Shown here piece by piece: positions 19,486 to 28,380 of a stretch of DNA of 64,000 nt (within the stretch, counting starts at the first letter, position 1; each line of letters begins with the position of its first letter). The notes below the pieces were generated by a model, which saw nothing but the letters and a program-made list of their open reading frames with translations, searched no databases and was not told the DNA's origin. The position numbers were made by a program, and so were the translations under genes. The DNA lies in sequence record PP496441.1; one strand, given 5' to 3'.

Positions 19486-19962
19486 ATGAAGAGCATGATT
19501 CGCCGCAAAGATGGGTTTTACACGGAGTTGTTGGCCGGTGCTAAAGACCCTGTCGCCCTTTCCAAGACTGCATTCAACCGTGGACTGACCCGGATCGTTG
19601 CATCTATTACGAGCAGTGTTAAGCTGCGGTACGTAGTAGATTCCGAAACCGGTGATGCGGAATACCGGGTGAGAGTGAAGTTTCAGAAAAGCCAGTTGAC
19701 CCGCAAGGGTACTCCGGCTATCAAGGTGGGACGGGTACTGGTTCCTGTTGATCTCGACAGCATTGCAGTACATTGCACGTGTCAGGACTTTCGATTCACC
19801 TGGTACACCTATTTGAAGAACTCTGGGCACGCTGCCGGTTGGTTCAAGCAGGTGGAGTTGAAAGGATCTGGCCGCACTCGGGAAGCTGACCACGCAGGTT
19901 GCTGCAAACACGTCGCCGGTGTACTGGCAATGGTTGAGCAGAACGTTATCGTCAAGCTGTGA
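19486..19962 (+). CDS. SWIM zinc-finger protein
   Basis: HCTCQDF...CCKHV (CxC-n-CxH); RBS AAGGA. Confidence 0.75.
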   Translation: MKSMIRRKDGFYTELLAGAKDPVALSKTAFNRGLTRIVASITSSVKLRYVVDSETGDAEYRVRVKFQKSQLTRKGTPAIKVGRVLVPVDLDSIAVHCTCQDFRFTWYTYLKNSGHAAGWFKQVELKGSGRTREADHAGCCKHVAGVLAMVEQNVIVKL

Positions 19963-19997
19963 CCCAGATGCAGTGAGTGTTACATGATAGAGAAAAT

Positions 19998-20032
19998 AAA
20001 ACCCCACCGGTTCGCGCCGTGTGGGGTTTTTT
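19998..20032. terminator. Bidirectional terminator
   Basis: AAAACCCCAC...GTGGGGTTTTTT between converging genes. Confidence 0.8.
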
Positions 20033-20049
20033 ATGTCTGAAATTCAATC

Positions 20050-22836
20050 TTAGGTAAAGTCTTTCTGTGCCAGCACCAGTGGAACGCCGACAGTATCCAG
20101 TGCTATCTGTGTGAACTCCTTCAATTCTGATCTGGTAAGCTTCCGGCTCAGCATCACCCCATCGTGCTCTTGTGCTACCACGATGTCTTTGTGTCGCATG
20201 TTGAACTCTATCATCACCGCTTGCTCCATACCGCAGGTGATGAAGTGCAGCAGCTTCGACTTCTCCTTTTGTGTCGTCCACCCATTCAGCAGCTTGTCCG
20301 TGTAGAAGAATGCAACGGACCCCAGAGCATTGCGTACGCTCACTGCGCTGGCGGTAGCATTGTCTGGATCAAGCCCCGCATCCTTGATTGATCTGGACAG
20401 CGACTTGTACAGGAAGTAGTTCTGCTTGGCGATCAGGTCTCGATTGACCGGCAGCTTGACGTGTTCAGTTACCTTGTAGTCCGGGTGTGCAAGGATCATG
20501 CTGGGCAATGCCTGCATCGTCCTGATCACGGGGAAGATCAACCGGTTGGTGGTGTAGATCAAAGCGATTGCCAGCTCCATCATCTTAATCTTGAGGGCTT
20601 GCACGTGGCTCTCGTTCAACTCCAGTTCAATCGGTGCAACCAAACCACGGATAAGTTTGTCTATGGTGTCGGGCACCACGGAAGATTTCAGGATGGACTC
20701 ATGCGATGTCTTGAGGCTGGACCCGTACATGACGGACAGGAACATCAGCTTGCAGACTCCGTCGATAACCCGGATGAACTCCTTCTCCTTGCGCCACGTT
20801 TGACCCATCGTCCCCCCTGCGCTTTTCCATACCTGATGCAGCACCAGTCGGTCATTCCATCTTGACTCACTTCCAGACCACTTCGGTGCGCCGTATACCC
20901 CAGCTCTCCATGGGTTCCGTACCATGACCAGCGCCGACTCCAGCAGCCCTTTGAATCCGGAGTCTTCCATCTCAGTCAGCACATGATCCGTCCACGTCTT
21001 GGATTCGTACATGCCGAAGATGGTCAACGCACTATCCACGTCCCGGTCCGTGAGAAACACCTTCCCGTATTCGTCTATCGTCTCGACCAGTTCCTTGCGA
21101 TACTTCTTGACCAGCCCACCGATCAACATCGGGTGGCAAGATTTGACATCGTAGTTGACGTATCCACTCTTGGTGAGGATCACCTGCTTGAGTTGGTTGG
21201 GCAGCGAACCAAAGCCCACCGGGGAGTTTATCCGGGGCGAGCGCAAGGTGGTGAAGTGATGTGCACGGTGCATTACGATCTGGTTGTGGCGGTCGCTGCT
21301 TCCTTGCTGACACCCCAAGTTCTCCGGGTTGATCATGCGGGCCAGCGTACGGAAGGCTCCGGAGGATATGGCATCACCTGACGTGTGGTGCATCCAGCTC
21401 AGTTCCGCCAGCAGATCGTTTACGGGTAGGCGCACGCTCTTGGTGGACAGCATGCGGATATAGGCCTTCACGTTGACCGGAACAACTGGCCGGGTCGAAA
21501 GGTTTATATTGTCGCTGATCTCCTTGTACGTCGGGTTGTTCACCACGCAAGACTGAACCATTGAGACACGGCGCATCATCGTGCACGCCTTGACCGGCAC
21601 CTTCTTGTCATGGAACATGTACAGCTTGCCCGGCTGGCCGGTCAGGTTATCATTCGCCACCAAAGACTCACCGTAGGGCAGCTGAGAGCTGAATACCATT
21701 ACTGCCTGCCCCCGTTCGGCGAACGCGTAGATCGCATTAGGCAGTACCCGGTTGCTACCCTTCAGATTGGTTAGCCAGCGGCCCAGCGGTTTAACGTCAC
21801 GAGGCCGGCCCATCAAACGCCCATGCAGGTAGGCATCAACCTTATCCATGTACGAGTCAACGAACTGGGTGACCACAGGACCAGGTTCGAACGTGAACGT
21901 CTTGTGCTTCCAGTAATCTGCTTCCGTGGTTACGGCCATCAGCCCCATGGTCTCCAGCACAGCGCGCACGGTATCCCAGTGATACGTCATCTGACCTTTC
22001 TTCGATCCTTCGATGTTCCGCCAGTTGATCAGATTGTTGAACCGTTTTTCACCTTGATGCGAGCCGAGCCCGTAGCCTTCCTTGACCTGATCCTTCTTTA
22101 TCGCGAACTGGGTATCGTGGCTATGATCCAGATCAACGTGAAGGAACCGGGAAACAGACCGAGCGTGGTTCAGTTCCATGGGGAACGCCAGCTTGTTGGT
22201 CAGGTCCTTGGGGTTGAACGCAGGGTTCCATTGAAAGCCGTCCTTCGAGGTTCCCTTGTGTACGGCGGACACTAGATGCCGGGCCATTGAGTCGCGGGAG
22301 TCGAAGTGGCCTTTGTCGTTCACCTTATCCAGCAGCATGGGATATGCCACGACAAGGCGGGCGATCAGGAAGGCGAAGCAGTAGGCAGCAGACGGACCGG
22401 GCGCACAGTTGCGCTCCGCCATCTTCTGGAGGAAGGTTTCGTATTGATCAAGGATGAAGTAGCCCAGACCGGGGGTGACCGCTACCGGCAGGCCGACGAC
22501 GCGGCTGTCCAGCCAGCTTTTGCCGCTAGGGTACAGGTTATGCTTGGGGTTCAGCGAAGGTTCAACCACCATCATCCGCACATAGGGGACGTAGGACTGC
22601 ACCCATTCAACGTTGGATTGATCTTTAGCTTCGGGGAAGTCACGGGTTACCTTTCCCACTTTGGCAATGAGATCAGTATTGAAGCGCCCTACATCCTTTA
22701 CCTCAGGGGCCAGTGCGGGGTTTAGTCGAGCCGTAGCCTTGATGATGGGTATTTGGTCATACACGGGATACAAGTCTAGGGGCTTGGACAGTATGCCTGC
22801 ATATTCCTTTTCCGAGAGTGGGGTATAGTCAGCCAT
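20050..22836 (-). CDS. PolA/T7-superfamily nucleic-acid polymerase, divergent, no recognisable exonuclease domain
   Basis: RINSPVGFGSLPNQLK, then motif A NYDVKSCHP, motif B R-x6-KLMFLSVMYG, motif C AQEHDGVML, in the correct order. Confidence 0.7.
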   Translation of the reverse strand: MADYTPLSEKEYAGILSKPLDLYPVYDQIPIIKATARLNPALAPEVKDVGRFNTDLIAKVGKVTRDFPEAKDQSNVEWVQSYVPYVRMMVVEPSLNPKHNLYPSGKSWLDSRVVGLPVAVTPGLGYFILDQYETFLQKMAERNCAPGPSAAYCFAFLIARLVVAYPMLLDKVNDKGHFDSRDSMARHLVSAVHKGTSKDGFQWNPAFNPKDLTNKLAFPMELNHARSVSRFLHVDLDHSHDTQFAIKKDQVKEGYGLGSHQGEKRFNNLINWRNIEGSKKGQMTYHWDTVRAVLETMGLMAVTTEADYWKHKTFTFEPGPVVTQFVDSYMDKVDAYLHGRLMGRPRDVKPLGRWLTNLKGSNRVLPNAIYAFAERGQAVMVFSSQLPYGESLVANDNLTGQPGKLYMFHDKKVPVKACTMMRRVSMVQSCVVNNPTYKEISDNINLSTRPVVPVNVKAYIRMLSTKSVRLPVNDLLAELSWMHHTSGDAISSGAFRTLARMINPENLGCQQGSSDRHNQIVMHRAHHFTTLRSPRINSPVGFGSLPNQLKQVILTKSGYVNYDVKSCHPMLIGGLVKKYRKELVETIDEYGKVFLTDRDVDSALTIFGMYESKTWTDHVLTEMEDSGFKGLLESALVMVRNPWRAGVYGAPKWSGSESRWNDRLVLHQVWKSAGGTMGQTWRKEKEFIRVIDGVCKLMFLSVMYGSSLKTSHESILKSSVVPDTIDKLIRGLVAPIELELNESHVQALKIKMMELAIALIYTTNRLIFPVIRTMQALPSMILAHPDYKVTEHVKLPVNRDLIAKQNYFLYKSLSRSIKDAGLDPDNATASAVSVRNALGSVAFFYTDKLLNGWTTQKEKSKLLHFITCGMEQAVMIEFNMRHKDIVVAQEHDGVMLSRKLTRSELKEFTQIALDTVGVPLVLAQKDFT

Positions 22837-22885
22837 TGGATAGCTCGCGTATTACCGGAGTGAATGGAATTGGACGTTATCAGCC

Positions 22886-22892
22886 CATTTAC
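22886..22892 (-). promoter_or_regulatory. GTAAATG phage promoter-like motif
   Basis: About 50 nt upstream of the polymerase-like ATG. Confidence 0.55.
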
Positions 22893-23108
22893 CAGACTAT
22901 ATACAGAGTATCTTATGGGGGTTAAAAAGGACCATCTTGCAATTATTTGGGTCATTAATTACCTTCCAGAACATAAACCTCTATCTGTGGATACGGGGGT
23001 AGTTAGCCCTAGATACATCCCTATTACCTGTGTATATTGCCCATGTAGACTCTATTCCCCTATCGGGAAGTATAACCTCGAAAAAGGTTCCTAGCTTGCA
23101 TGGGCTGG

Positions 23109-23213
23109 CCCACCCACCCCCGTGACCCACCCGACCGCCCGGTTAAGGCCATACCTAGGGATTCCTTTCTCCCAGAGGGACCCCCAGCCGCCCATCCTTC
23201 CCCTGCTCCTCCC
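23109..23213 (-). other. Two G-quadruplex-consensus motifs in a non-coding region
   Basis: Plus-strand C-tracts: CCCACCCACCCCCGTGACCCACCC (23109-23132) and five C3-5 runs with 5-7 nt loops (23171-23213). Confidence 0.6.
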
Positions 23214-23428
23214 TTTCCTTCATCATCTACACCCACCCAGCTATTGACTTACCATCTAGTGATCCTCCTTCCTCCAGCTTCTACATAGGCAGTTAGCTTC
23301 CCCATGCCTCTAAGCTCCTCCGCTTCATCATGCACTTATGCTCTGTAGTACTGATTCCCCACATGCCCGTGACTTATGCTCTGGTGTCAGTATTCCCAGC
23401 CTCCCAGGTGAAAAGGGTGTCCATGCGC

Positions 23429-23500
23429 TGGGGAGTTGTCCGGGGAATAGCGCCCGTGAATAGGGCTTCCAGGCGTGCGATATGGGGAGTTTTCCGGGGA
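23429..23500 (+). repeat. 18-bp direct repeat with 1 mismatch
   Basis: TGGGGAGTTGTCCGGGGA (23429-23446) and TGGGGAGTTTTCCGGGGA (23483-23500). Confidence 0.75.
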
Positions 23501-23610
23501 TGGATGAGTCAGTATGGCGGGGAATGGGGAATGAAGCGCCTGCGAGCTTGTAGGAGCCCGTGGTTATTGGCTGGATACACGGGGCGGGGCGTGGGTTTCC
23601 TGCGGAGGTG

Positions 23611-23644
23611 AAAAAGCCCGCACGGCTTGGGACCGATACGGGCT
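23611..23644 (-). terminator. Terminator ending the small-gene block
   Basis: AGCCCG...CGGGCT stem with T5 on the minus strand. Confidence 0.65.
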
Positions 23645-23659
23645 CTGGTATTACTTGAC

Positions 23660-23794
23660 TTACTCGGGATGCCTCACTTGTGGGTGACACACGAAGTCGA
23701 TGGACTGCACTGGTAAGATGAGTGGCACCGTGCCCTTGTACTTGCGGATCAGCTGGACGTATATCTCACCGTCCCACTTGCCCAGCTCGTTCAC
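23660..23794 (-). CDS. Possible 44-aa ORF (GTG start) or out-of-frame continuation of 23803-24246
   Basis: Coding-like translation NELGKWDGEIYVQLIRKYKG...; no clear RBS. Confidence 0.35.
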   Translation of the reverse strand: MNELGKWDGEIYVQLIRKYKGTVPLILPVQSIDFVCHPQVRHPE

Positions 23795-23802
23795 CTGACT
23801 AA

Positions 23803-24246
23803 CTATCTCGTCGAGGGAGAGCCGAGTTGCCGCTGGCTCAGGATGATCTCGTACAGCTCGCCGCCCGGTTTCAACGTGTCGGGGTTCTCAGTGTGCAGCA
23901 CCGCGATCAGATCCATGATGTCCGTGTTGTGTCCCAGTTCCGCCGACGGGATCATCTGGAATTCCTGACTCACGCCGGGGATCGGATCTTGCGGTCGGTA
24001 CAGCGCGACCACCCTGCCTTTGCCCGGCTCGGCGCCCAGCTTGCTACCGTCTCGTCCCACCCACATCTCACGGGAGCCCGGCACACTAGCTGGCACGTAT
24101 TCGATAGAACCTTCAGGGTAATGCGCGGAGAACGTGGCAACGAACCACCGCGAACTGCCCTTGTAGCAGCGGAACGGTTTGGTCTCTCTGGCGTGACGGG
24201 TCAGTGGGTTGTTCATAGGCGTAGAGTGTTCGACGATCAGTGACAT
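23803..24246 (-). CDS. Hypothetical protein
   Basis: RBS GAGGA. Confidence 0.7.
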   Translation of the reverse strand: MSLIVEHSTPMNNPLTRHARETKPFRCYKGSSRWFVATFSAHYPEGSIEYVPASVPGSREMWVGRDGSKLGAEPGKGRVVALYRPQDPIPGVSQEFQMIPSAELGHNTDIMDLIAVLHTENPDTLKPGGELYEIILSQRQLGSPSTR

Positions 24247-24280
24247 GGTGTATTCCTCTTCGGGGTAGTGGGGGCTGCGG

Positions 24281-24607
24281 TTAGTCGTTGAATTCTTTGG
24301 GATCGAAGCCGTGCCGTTCGCACCAATCTCGGCGCTCCACGCTCAAGTCGCGGCCCTGATCTTTTTGCAATGCGCCCCGGCGGACCCACTCGACCAGGTC
24401 CCCCATACGCTCCCAGCGCTGGAAGCCTTGGTAGAAGTCCTCCAGATCCGCGGTGTTGTCCTTGATCAGTTGCGCGATGTGGACGGAAGGAGATGTCAGC
24501 GTCATCAGCTCGGCGTGGTCTTTCGCGAACTGGGCCAGCTTGTCGCCCACCCACTTGTCAGATTTGATCTGCAATTCGGTTGGGCCAAGTTCTGCTTCGT
24601 CGATCAT
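24281..24607 (-). CDS. Hypothetical protein
   Basis: RBS GAGGAG. Confidence 0.75.
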   Translation of the reverse strand: MIDEAELGPTELQIKSDKWVGDKLAQFAKDHAELMTLTSPSVHIAQLIKDNTADLEDFYQGFQRWERMGDLVEWVRRGALQKDQGRDLSVERRDWCERHGFDPKEFND

Positions 24608-24619
24608 GGTGTGCTCCTC

Positions 24620-25156
24620 TTAGTATTTCTTGATGTTCTGGCGTGCGGATGTGAGTGGTTCGTACGGAGGTGTCTCAAACCACGATACCGGATTTCCGCG
24701 TTGCAGCCCCTGCGACCACCCGGCATAGAAGTCTTCCTTAACCGAGGACTGGCGGCGGTTGGTGATCTCAATGCGTCCGGTTGTCATCAAAGTCTTGATG
24801 TCCACGAAACCCGCACGCTCAACCTCGATGTCAACTTTGCTCCAGTGCTCTTTCGTCTTGGCGAAGTCGGACACGGCTTTCGGCTTGAACAGTTTCTTGT
24901 CGGTGAAGTACACAGCGGGGTTGTTGATCTTTCCCAGTTTCCTGTCGGCTTTGCGGGTTTGGTACACGGCCTCTCTAACTACGCTGCCGATATCTGCTGC
25001 ACCAATACGTGCACCCAGACATTGCCATACGGTCGGGGAGAAACACACGCGCAGCGTCTCGGCGCATTCATCGTGATTCCTCCCGGATGGCACCTTGGCT
25101 TTCAGGGTGACGTGCTTGCCAATGTCTTTTTCAGACACGTGATAAAAGCGTGGCAT
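24620..25156 (-). CDS. Hypothetical protein, possible ADP-ribosyltransferase-fold
   Basis: N-terminal FYHVS and RVCFSPTVWQCL resemble the first two ART strands; RBS AAGGAG. Confidence 0.35.
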   Translation of the reverse strand: MPRFYHVSEKDIGKHVTLKAKVPSGRNHDECAETLRVCFSPTVWQCLGARIGAADIGSVVREAVYQTRKADRKLGKINNPAVYFTDKKLFKPKAVSDFAKTKEHWSKVDIEVERAGFVDIKTLMTTGRIEITNRRQSSVKEDFYAGWSQGLQRGNPVSWFETPPYEPLTSARQNIKKY

Positions 25157-25165
25157 GGGGACTCC

Positions 25166-25390
25166 TTACTCTTGGCGCAGTTTAGCGTTGAGTGTGGCGG
25201 TCCCTCTGCTGAGGATTTTCACTCGATCAACGTGGTCTAGACCTTGTTCCACCCGACTGAGTGACTTGGGGTCTATGTCGATCAGGGTCGCTAACTGGCC
25301 GGAGCTTACGCCAGCCTTGATACGCAGCGCACGCAGTGCAGCACCATGGGCAATCTGACGCATGCGGGCTGGGGTTTGGATAGATGGCAT
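25166..25390 (-). CDS. XRE-family HTH transcription regulator
   Basis: LRALRIKAGVSSGQLATLIDIDPKSLSRVEQG. Confidence 0.85.
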   Translation of the reverse strand: MPSIQTPARMRQIAHGAALRALRIKAGVSSGQLATLIDIDPKSLSRVEQGLDHVDRVKILSRGTATLNAKLRQE

Positions 25391-25439
25391 ATTGCATTCC
25401 TCTTGGGATAGTGGTGCGCCGTCCGTGGCGCGTTGTCGC

Positions 25440-25601
25440 TTAGTTGATGGCCGGGAATTCGATCAGCAAATCCTTCACCTCTTGCACCGACAGCGGCAAG
25501 CCGGTGATGGGGTGAACTCTCTCGTCCCGGATGATGTCGCGCAGCCGCTGGCGCTGCTCACGGGGCGATTGGGCCTTACTGGGGGTTTTGCGTGCTGGCA
25601 T
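25440..25601 (-). CDS. Small hypothetical protein (53 aa; not in the ORF track)
   Basis: MPARKTPSKAQ...EFPAIN; RBS AGGAAT; directly after a sigma70 promoter. Confidence 0.65.
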   Translation of the reverse strand: MPARKTPSKAQSPREQRQRLRDIIRDERVHPITGLPLSVQEVKDLLIEFPAIN

Positions 25602-25648
25602 GGTGGGGATTCCTATTGGACAGTGGGGCGGCAGCGTGCCGCACGTGC

Positions 25649-25678
25649 ATGATATCAGAGGGGAACCATGGGTGTCAA
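25649..25678 (-). promoter_or_regulatory. sigma70 promoter
   Basis: TTGACA-18 bp-TATCAT with an extended TG. Confidence 0.7.
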
Positions 25679-25697
25679 CACCCGACCGACGCAGGTG

Positions 25698-25732
25698 AAA
25701 AAGCCCACGCAGCGGTTAGGCAGGTGGGCTTT
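25698..25732 (-). terminator. Terminator
   Basis: AAAGCCCAC...GTGGGCTTT with U5 on the minus strand. Confidence 0.75.
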
Positions 25733-25734
25733 GG

Positions 25735-26025
25735 TCAAACTAATCTCAATACCGGCTTGGGTTTTTCACTTAAATCAACGGACGCGTGCAGTTCCAGATC
25801 AAGTGCGAGCCGTATCACGTCTGAGTAGGGTTCACGAGAATGCGCCCAAACATCTGGCAGTGTCGTACGATAGATGTGGACAATCGTGTGAAGCTCTTCC
25901 TTGGCGTGAACACCTGCCCGCATCAACTGAGTAACCCGTGCACGCACCTTGGGTGTGATCCACGTTATCAGGTCATCATAAGTTCCGGTCCAGATCATTA
26001 CCTGATGGTTAACGCGCTTCGCCAT
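25735..26025 (-). CDS. Hypothetical protein
   Basis: RBS GAGGTG; coupled to the upstream gene. Confidence 0.7.
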   Translation of the reverse strand: MAKRVNHQVMIWTGTYDDLITWITPKVRARVTQLMRAGVHAKEELHTIVHIYRTTLPDVWAHSREPYSDVIRLALDLELHASVDLSEKPKPVLRLV

Positions 26026-26350
26026 CAGCCACCTCTTTGTTGGTCAGTACCCAGCCGATGCTCAGGACCAGACGTGGCCCATGGCAAAGAACTCGGTGTC
26101 GGTTGATGTCGGGACGGAACAGATTGAAGCGCCCCTTGATCTTGGCTTCGGGACATTGGAATGCGGACGTTGATCCCTTGAGCACGATGTTCAGACGCCA
26201 GTGCCGTTTACCTTCCACTGGATCAACGTGCCACGCGATGCCTTGCTTGTCCATGTACCGGATCAGATAACAATCACCAGAGCGCCATTGGAACAGCAGC
26301 ATCTTGCGGTACTGCCCGGCCCGACCTTGAACCCACGTGAACCATTTCAT
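26009..26350 (-). CDS. Hypothetical protein
   Basis: ATGA overlap. Confidence 0.7.
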   Translation of the reverse strand: MKWFTWVQGRAGQYRKMLLFQWRSGDCYLIRYMDKQGIAWHVDPVEGKRHWRLNIVLKGSTSAFQCPEAKIKGRFNLFRPDINRHRVLCHGPRLVLSIGWVLTNKEVADGEAR

Positions 26351-26709
26351 TTTGAAGACTCCGCCAGTGGCTTCCCTGATACAACAAACCAGAATCCGCT
26401 TTCCTCATCCACTTCGAACTCAGTCAGCGTGCCTTTGCTATTGGTCAGTAGAGAGACTCTACGAATAAGGTTAGTACGATCGAAGAACACCTTAAGATAC
26501 GGTCCGCTATTGTCCGTTATCAACATAGGCCTTTCGTAATCGAACGGGATTATAACACCTGGAAGGGAGAAGCCTACATGAAGAGGGTAATGCTCAGGAC
26601 CTTTATAGTCCTCGGGAGGATTGGTAGTTTCTTCAGGTACGTAGTAACCGAATCTACCTTTAACTACCTTGATTGACATTACCGCCTCCGGATACTGACT
26701 CGATGGCAA
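26347..26709 (-). CDS. Hypothetical protein (start may be MSIKVV)
   Basis: ORF in the operon. Confidence 0.65.
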   Translation of the reverse strand: MPSSQYPEAVMSIKVVKGRFGYYVPEETTNPPEDYKGPEHYPLHVGFSLPGVIIPFDYERPMLITDNSGPYLKVFFDRTNLIRRVSLLTNSKGTLTEFEVDEESGFWFVVSGKPLAESSK

Positions 26710-26998
26710 TTATCTCGGCACCGATGAGCAGGCTCTTCAGCCATTCCTCACCACGCTCGTCTCTGTCTTCTACCCGAGTGTCTCCCATCATAATGAATGG
26801 GCAGTCGTTGTGCACCTCGAGCCGGTCGTAGGCTATACCCACGGCAGAATCGATGATATCCCAGCCAGTACAATTGCCGCCGATCTTAACTTGCATCTCG
26901 GCACGAAGCAATCCTGACGCGAAGGTAAGTATAACGGTCTGGAGGCAATTGCCCATAGTGTAGAACTTACCCATCTGTTCGTGATCATAGTTCAACAT
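26660..26998 (-). CDS. Hypothetical protein (start MLNYDH)
   Basis: TAATG coupling at 26996-27000. Confidence 0.65.
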   Translation of the reverse strand: MLNYDHEQMGKFYTMGNCLQTVILTFASGLLRAEMQVKIGGNCTGWDIIDSAVGIAYDRLEVHNDCPFIMMGDTRVEDRDERGEEWLKSLLIGAEIIAIESVSGGGNVNQGS

Positions 26999-27822
26999 TA
27001 GTCTGTCCTCTTGATGTTGCCGGGTAGGGTGTAGGACCACGGCTTGACGTAATCTGCCGGGCGGGTGTAGCCTATCAGGTCTTCACCTTCGTAAGGGCCA
27101 TACTTCCATGGGTCAGTAATCTCTGCGCGTTCAAACCCGATGGACTCGTATAACTTGATCGCACCTTCGTTGTCCGGATCCACGTTGAGATGGTGTGGCA
27201 GTCCTTGGGTCAGTTCCCAAGACAGCAGGAAGTCCAGCATGCCGCTGGCGACACCGCGACGGCGGTAGTCTGGATCAACACTGATCTCCTTGACGAAGCA
27301 CGCATCCACCTTCTCGCTGTCCTCGTCTTCCTTGAACATCACAACGTCCATCAGTCCGACGACCTTGTTGTGCGCGGTAACTGATACCCGTATCTCTTCC
27401 TGATCCGGAATATCCCCGCTCCAGCCATTCCATCGAGCCATGGTCACCGTGTACAGATGGTGTTGCCCGTCATGCTTGGGGCCGTGCACCTGATGCAGTG
27501 CCCGTGCATTCTTCAACTCCGTCTTGGGGCCGGGCTTGATGACCGGTAATTCCAGATGTTTGATTTCCTTTTCAAGCATGATACCAATCTCGGAGTCTTT
27601 CGCTTTCTTGTCTTTGATGGTGGCTCGGTACACTGTGTCTGTGTCCGTGTTGTAAACACCCACCTTATCCGTCATCACCGTAATAGACGGCACAGCGGAC
27701 CAGATGTACTCTTTGCAATGAGCTTTATCTGGGAATGCGAAGCCAACGGACTTGCCGTCTACAATGACCAGCCACGGGCAATGGCCGGGATGCGGAAACC
27801 GAAGGATCTTTTGTGTGGGCAT
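26998..27822 (-). CDS. GNAT acetyltransferase (C-terminal) fused to an unknown N-terminal domain
   Basis: ISVDPDYRRRGVASGML (acetyl-CoA R/QxxGxA motif) and NEGAIKLYESIGF. Confidence 0.85.
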   Translation of the reverse strand: MPTQKILRFPHPGHCPWLVIVDGKSVGFAFPDKAHCKEYIWSAVPSITVMTDKVGVYNTDTDTVYRATIKDKKAKDSEIGIMLEKEIKHLELPVIKPGPKTELKNARALHQVHGPKHDGQHHLYTVTMARWNGWSGDIPDQEEIRVSVTAHNKVVGLMDVVMFKEDEDSEKVDACFVKEISVDPDYRRRGVASGMLDFLLSWELTQGLPHHLNVDPDNEGAIKLYESIGFERAEITDPWKYGPYEGEDLIGYTRPADYVKPWSYTLPGNIKRTD

Positions 27823-27827
27823 GACAC

Positions 27828-28160
27828 TTACCTCGAAGGGGCAGGGGATTTGATTGGTGTCACCAGCTTAAGACCGGGCGAACTGGCATTCAGACGTGGG
27901 ACCGGGTTGATGGTCATCTTGGTCAACGGTGTCAATCCCAGCACACGGACTACTTCTTCCGGCAGCTCGGCACGCGTCCACACAACTACGTCTGGAGACA
28001 CAGTGGACATCACGTAGATGGGCAAGTCATTGATCGCCCGTGCTTCCACTCGGTGCACGGTCTTCAGCCGGTCCAGTGCTTCCTTGGTCAGAAAGGTGGT
28101 GAGTGACTCGACGCTACCCATCCAGGTCATGATGGGGATGTTGCGGCTAGCAGAATTCAT
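27828..28160 (-). CDS. Hypothetical protein
   Basis: ORF in the operon. Confidence 0.7.
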   Translation of the reverse strand: MNSASRNIPIMTWMGSVESLTTFLTKEALDRLKTVHRVEARAINDLPIYVMSTVSPDVVVWTRAELPEEVVRVLGLTPLTKMTINPVPRLNASSPGLKLVTPIKSPAPSR

Positions 28161-28366
28161 TGTTCAATCCCTTGATCGAGTGGAGTTTCAAGTCTGGCGA
28201 TAACCGAATTCAACCAGATGATGCGGTTGTTATAGCGCTGTTTCAGACGGCCTACCGGTGGATTATTCCCTTGCAGCACCCCGCACATTCTTTGCAGCTC
28301 AAGGCGAAGGGAAGCAATAGCCTGCTCGACGTGATTGCGGTCAGGATTAGAGTTCTCAGTGCTCAT
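28157..28366 (-). CDS. Hypothetical protein
   Basis: RBS AAGGAAAG. Confidence 0.7.
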   Translation of the reverse strand: MSTENSNPDRNHVEQAIASLRLELQRMCGVLQGNNPPVGRLKQRYNNRIIWLNSVIARLETPLDQGIEQ

Positions 28367-28380
28367 GTATCTTTCCTTTA

